Shown piece after piece: positions 63,401 to 64,000 of a stretch of DNA of 64,000 nucleotides. Numbering within the stretch: the first letter of the stretch is position 1; each line of letters begins with the position of its first letter. The position numbers and the translations under genes are program-made. The notes under the pieces were generated by a model. It saw only the letters and a program-made list of their open reading frames with translations, searched no databases and was not told the origin of the DNA. The stretch is from the human T2T-CHM13v2.0 reference genome, Homo sapiens, in the NCBI RefSeq assembly GCF_009914755.1, contig NC_060936.1. One strand, written 5' to 3'.

Positions 63401-64000
63401 CTGTGAGTTGAATACACACACCACAAATAAGTTACTGAGAATTCTTCTGTGTAACATTATATGAGGAAATCCCGTTTCCAACGAAGGCCTCAAAGAGATA
63501 CAAATATCCACTTGCAGACTTTACAAAGACAGTGTCTCCAAACTCCTCCATCAAAAGAAAGGTTATACTCTGTGAATGGAACGCACACATCACAAAGAAG
63601 TTTCTGAGAATGATTCTGTCTAGTTTTTATACGAAGATATTTCCTTTTCTACATTTGGCCTAAAAGCGCTTGAAATCTCCACCTGCAAATATCACAAAAA
63701 GAGGGTTTCACATCTGCTCTGTCTAAAGGACAGTTCACCTCTGTGAGTTGAAAAGAGGCAACACAAAGAACTTACTCAGTATTCTTCTTTCTAGCGTTCT
63801 ATGAAGAAATCCCGTTTCCAACGAAGGCCTCAAAGAGGTCAAATATCTGCTTGCAGACTTTACAGACAGAGTGTTTCCAAACTACTCTATGAAAAGAAAG
63901 CTTAAACTCCTTGAGTTGAACGCACACATCACAAAGTAGTTTCTGAGAATGATTCTGTCTAGTTTTTATACGAAGATGTTTCCTTTTCTACATTTGGTCT
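57406..64000 (-). repeat. Terminal block: 12-mer, 10-mer (A-B-C-D-D'), 8-mer, 8-mer, partial unit
   Basis: Unit starts at 57406, 59444, 61142, 62498 and 63856. Two D dimers are adjacent at about 60463-61141. Confidence 0.87.

Larger units (their letters stand above)
1..64000 (-). repeat. Centromeric alpha-satellite (alphoid) higher-order repeat array, SF2-type dimeric organisation
   Basis: Continuous ~170-bp tandem monomers. The + strand GTTCAACTCTGTGAGTTGAATACACAC...AAGTAGTTTCTGAGAATG is the reverse complement of the alphoid consensus. CENP-B boxes start at 294, 633, 973, 1313, 1653, 1993, 2332 (339-340 bp spacing). 376 monomers span 1-63855 (about 169.8 bp each). No interruption seen. Confidence 0.99.
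1..64000 (-). repeat. D18Z1: Probable identity: human chromosome 18 active centromeric HOR array D18Z1 (S2C18H1L)
   Basis: 12-mer (2038 bp) made of an 8-mer (1358 bp) plus a duplicated tetramer, EcoRI sites about every 680 bp and CENP-B boxes in alternate monomers. This matches what I recall of D18Z1; not confirmed by alignment. Confidence 0.72.

Noticed and set aside
1-64000. CRISPR-like array or other repeat-spacer system (conserved ~30-bp CENP-B box region every 340 bp)
   Set aside because: The intervening sequence is itself repeated (four dimer types), not unique spacers. There are no cas or other genes, and the motif is the known CENP-B box.
1-64000. Transposon insertion (L1/Alu) or inversion within the array
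   Set aside because: No poly-A tails, non-alphoid sequence or strand switch seen. Unit lengths add up to whole monomers throughout.
1-64000. Claim that this window is the kinetochore site (CENP-A domain / hypomethylated dip)
   Set aside because: This is an epigenetic property that cannot be read from sequence. Homogeneity and intact boxes only indicate a live-type array.

Overview
The whole 64-kb window is primate (most likely human) centromeric alpha-satellite DNA, a highly homogeneous higher-order repeat (HOR) array. It runs in one orientation throughout, on the minus strand relative to the conventional alphoid/CENP-B-box strand. I found no genes, RNA genes, transposon insertions, inversions or CRISPR arrays, and the five short ORFs are chance open frames in the repeat. 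The ~170-bp monomers form ~340-bp dimers, each with one CENP-B box (TCCCGTTTCCAACGAAG on +) and one pJ-alpha/A-box monomer, which is a suprachromosomal family 2 type organisation. Four dimer types (my labels A, B, C, D) build units of the form A-B-(C-D)n. By eye I count 34 complete units plus one partial: 15 x 12-mer (2038 bp), 13 x 8-mer (~1358 bp), 2 x 10-mer (1698 bp), 2 x 16-mer (2718 bp) and 2 x 20-mer (3398 bp). Their order is 12,12,12,12,8,8,12,8,12,8,8,8,8,8,12,10,12,20,20,12,12,12,12,12,16,8,8,12,8,16,12,10,8,8. The 12-mer/8-mer structure with a ~680-bp EcoRI period best fits the chromosome 18 live array D18Z1 (S2C18H1L); this comes from recalled literature, not a database match. I see no new gene-based system. 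What is interesting is array evolution: variable CD tetramer copy number, dimer-deletion variants, chimeric monomers, ~3.4-kb multi-HOR tandem duplications, two interleaved HOR haplotypes, and inactivating CENP-B box mutations that all fall in one box position.
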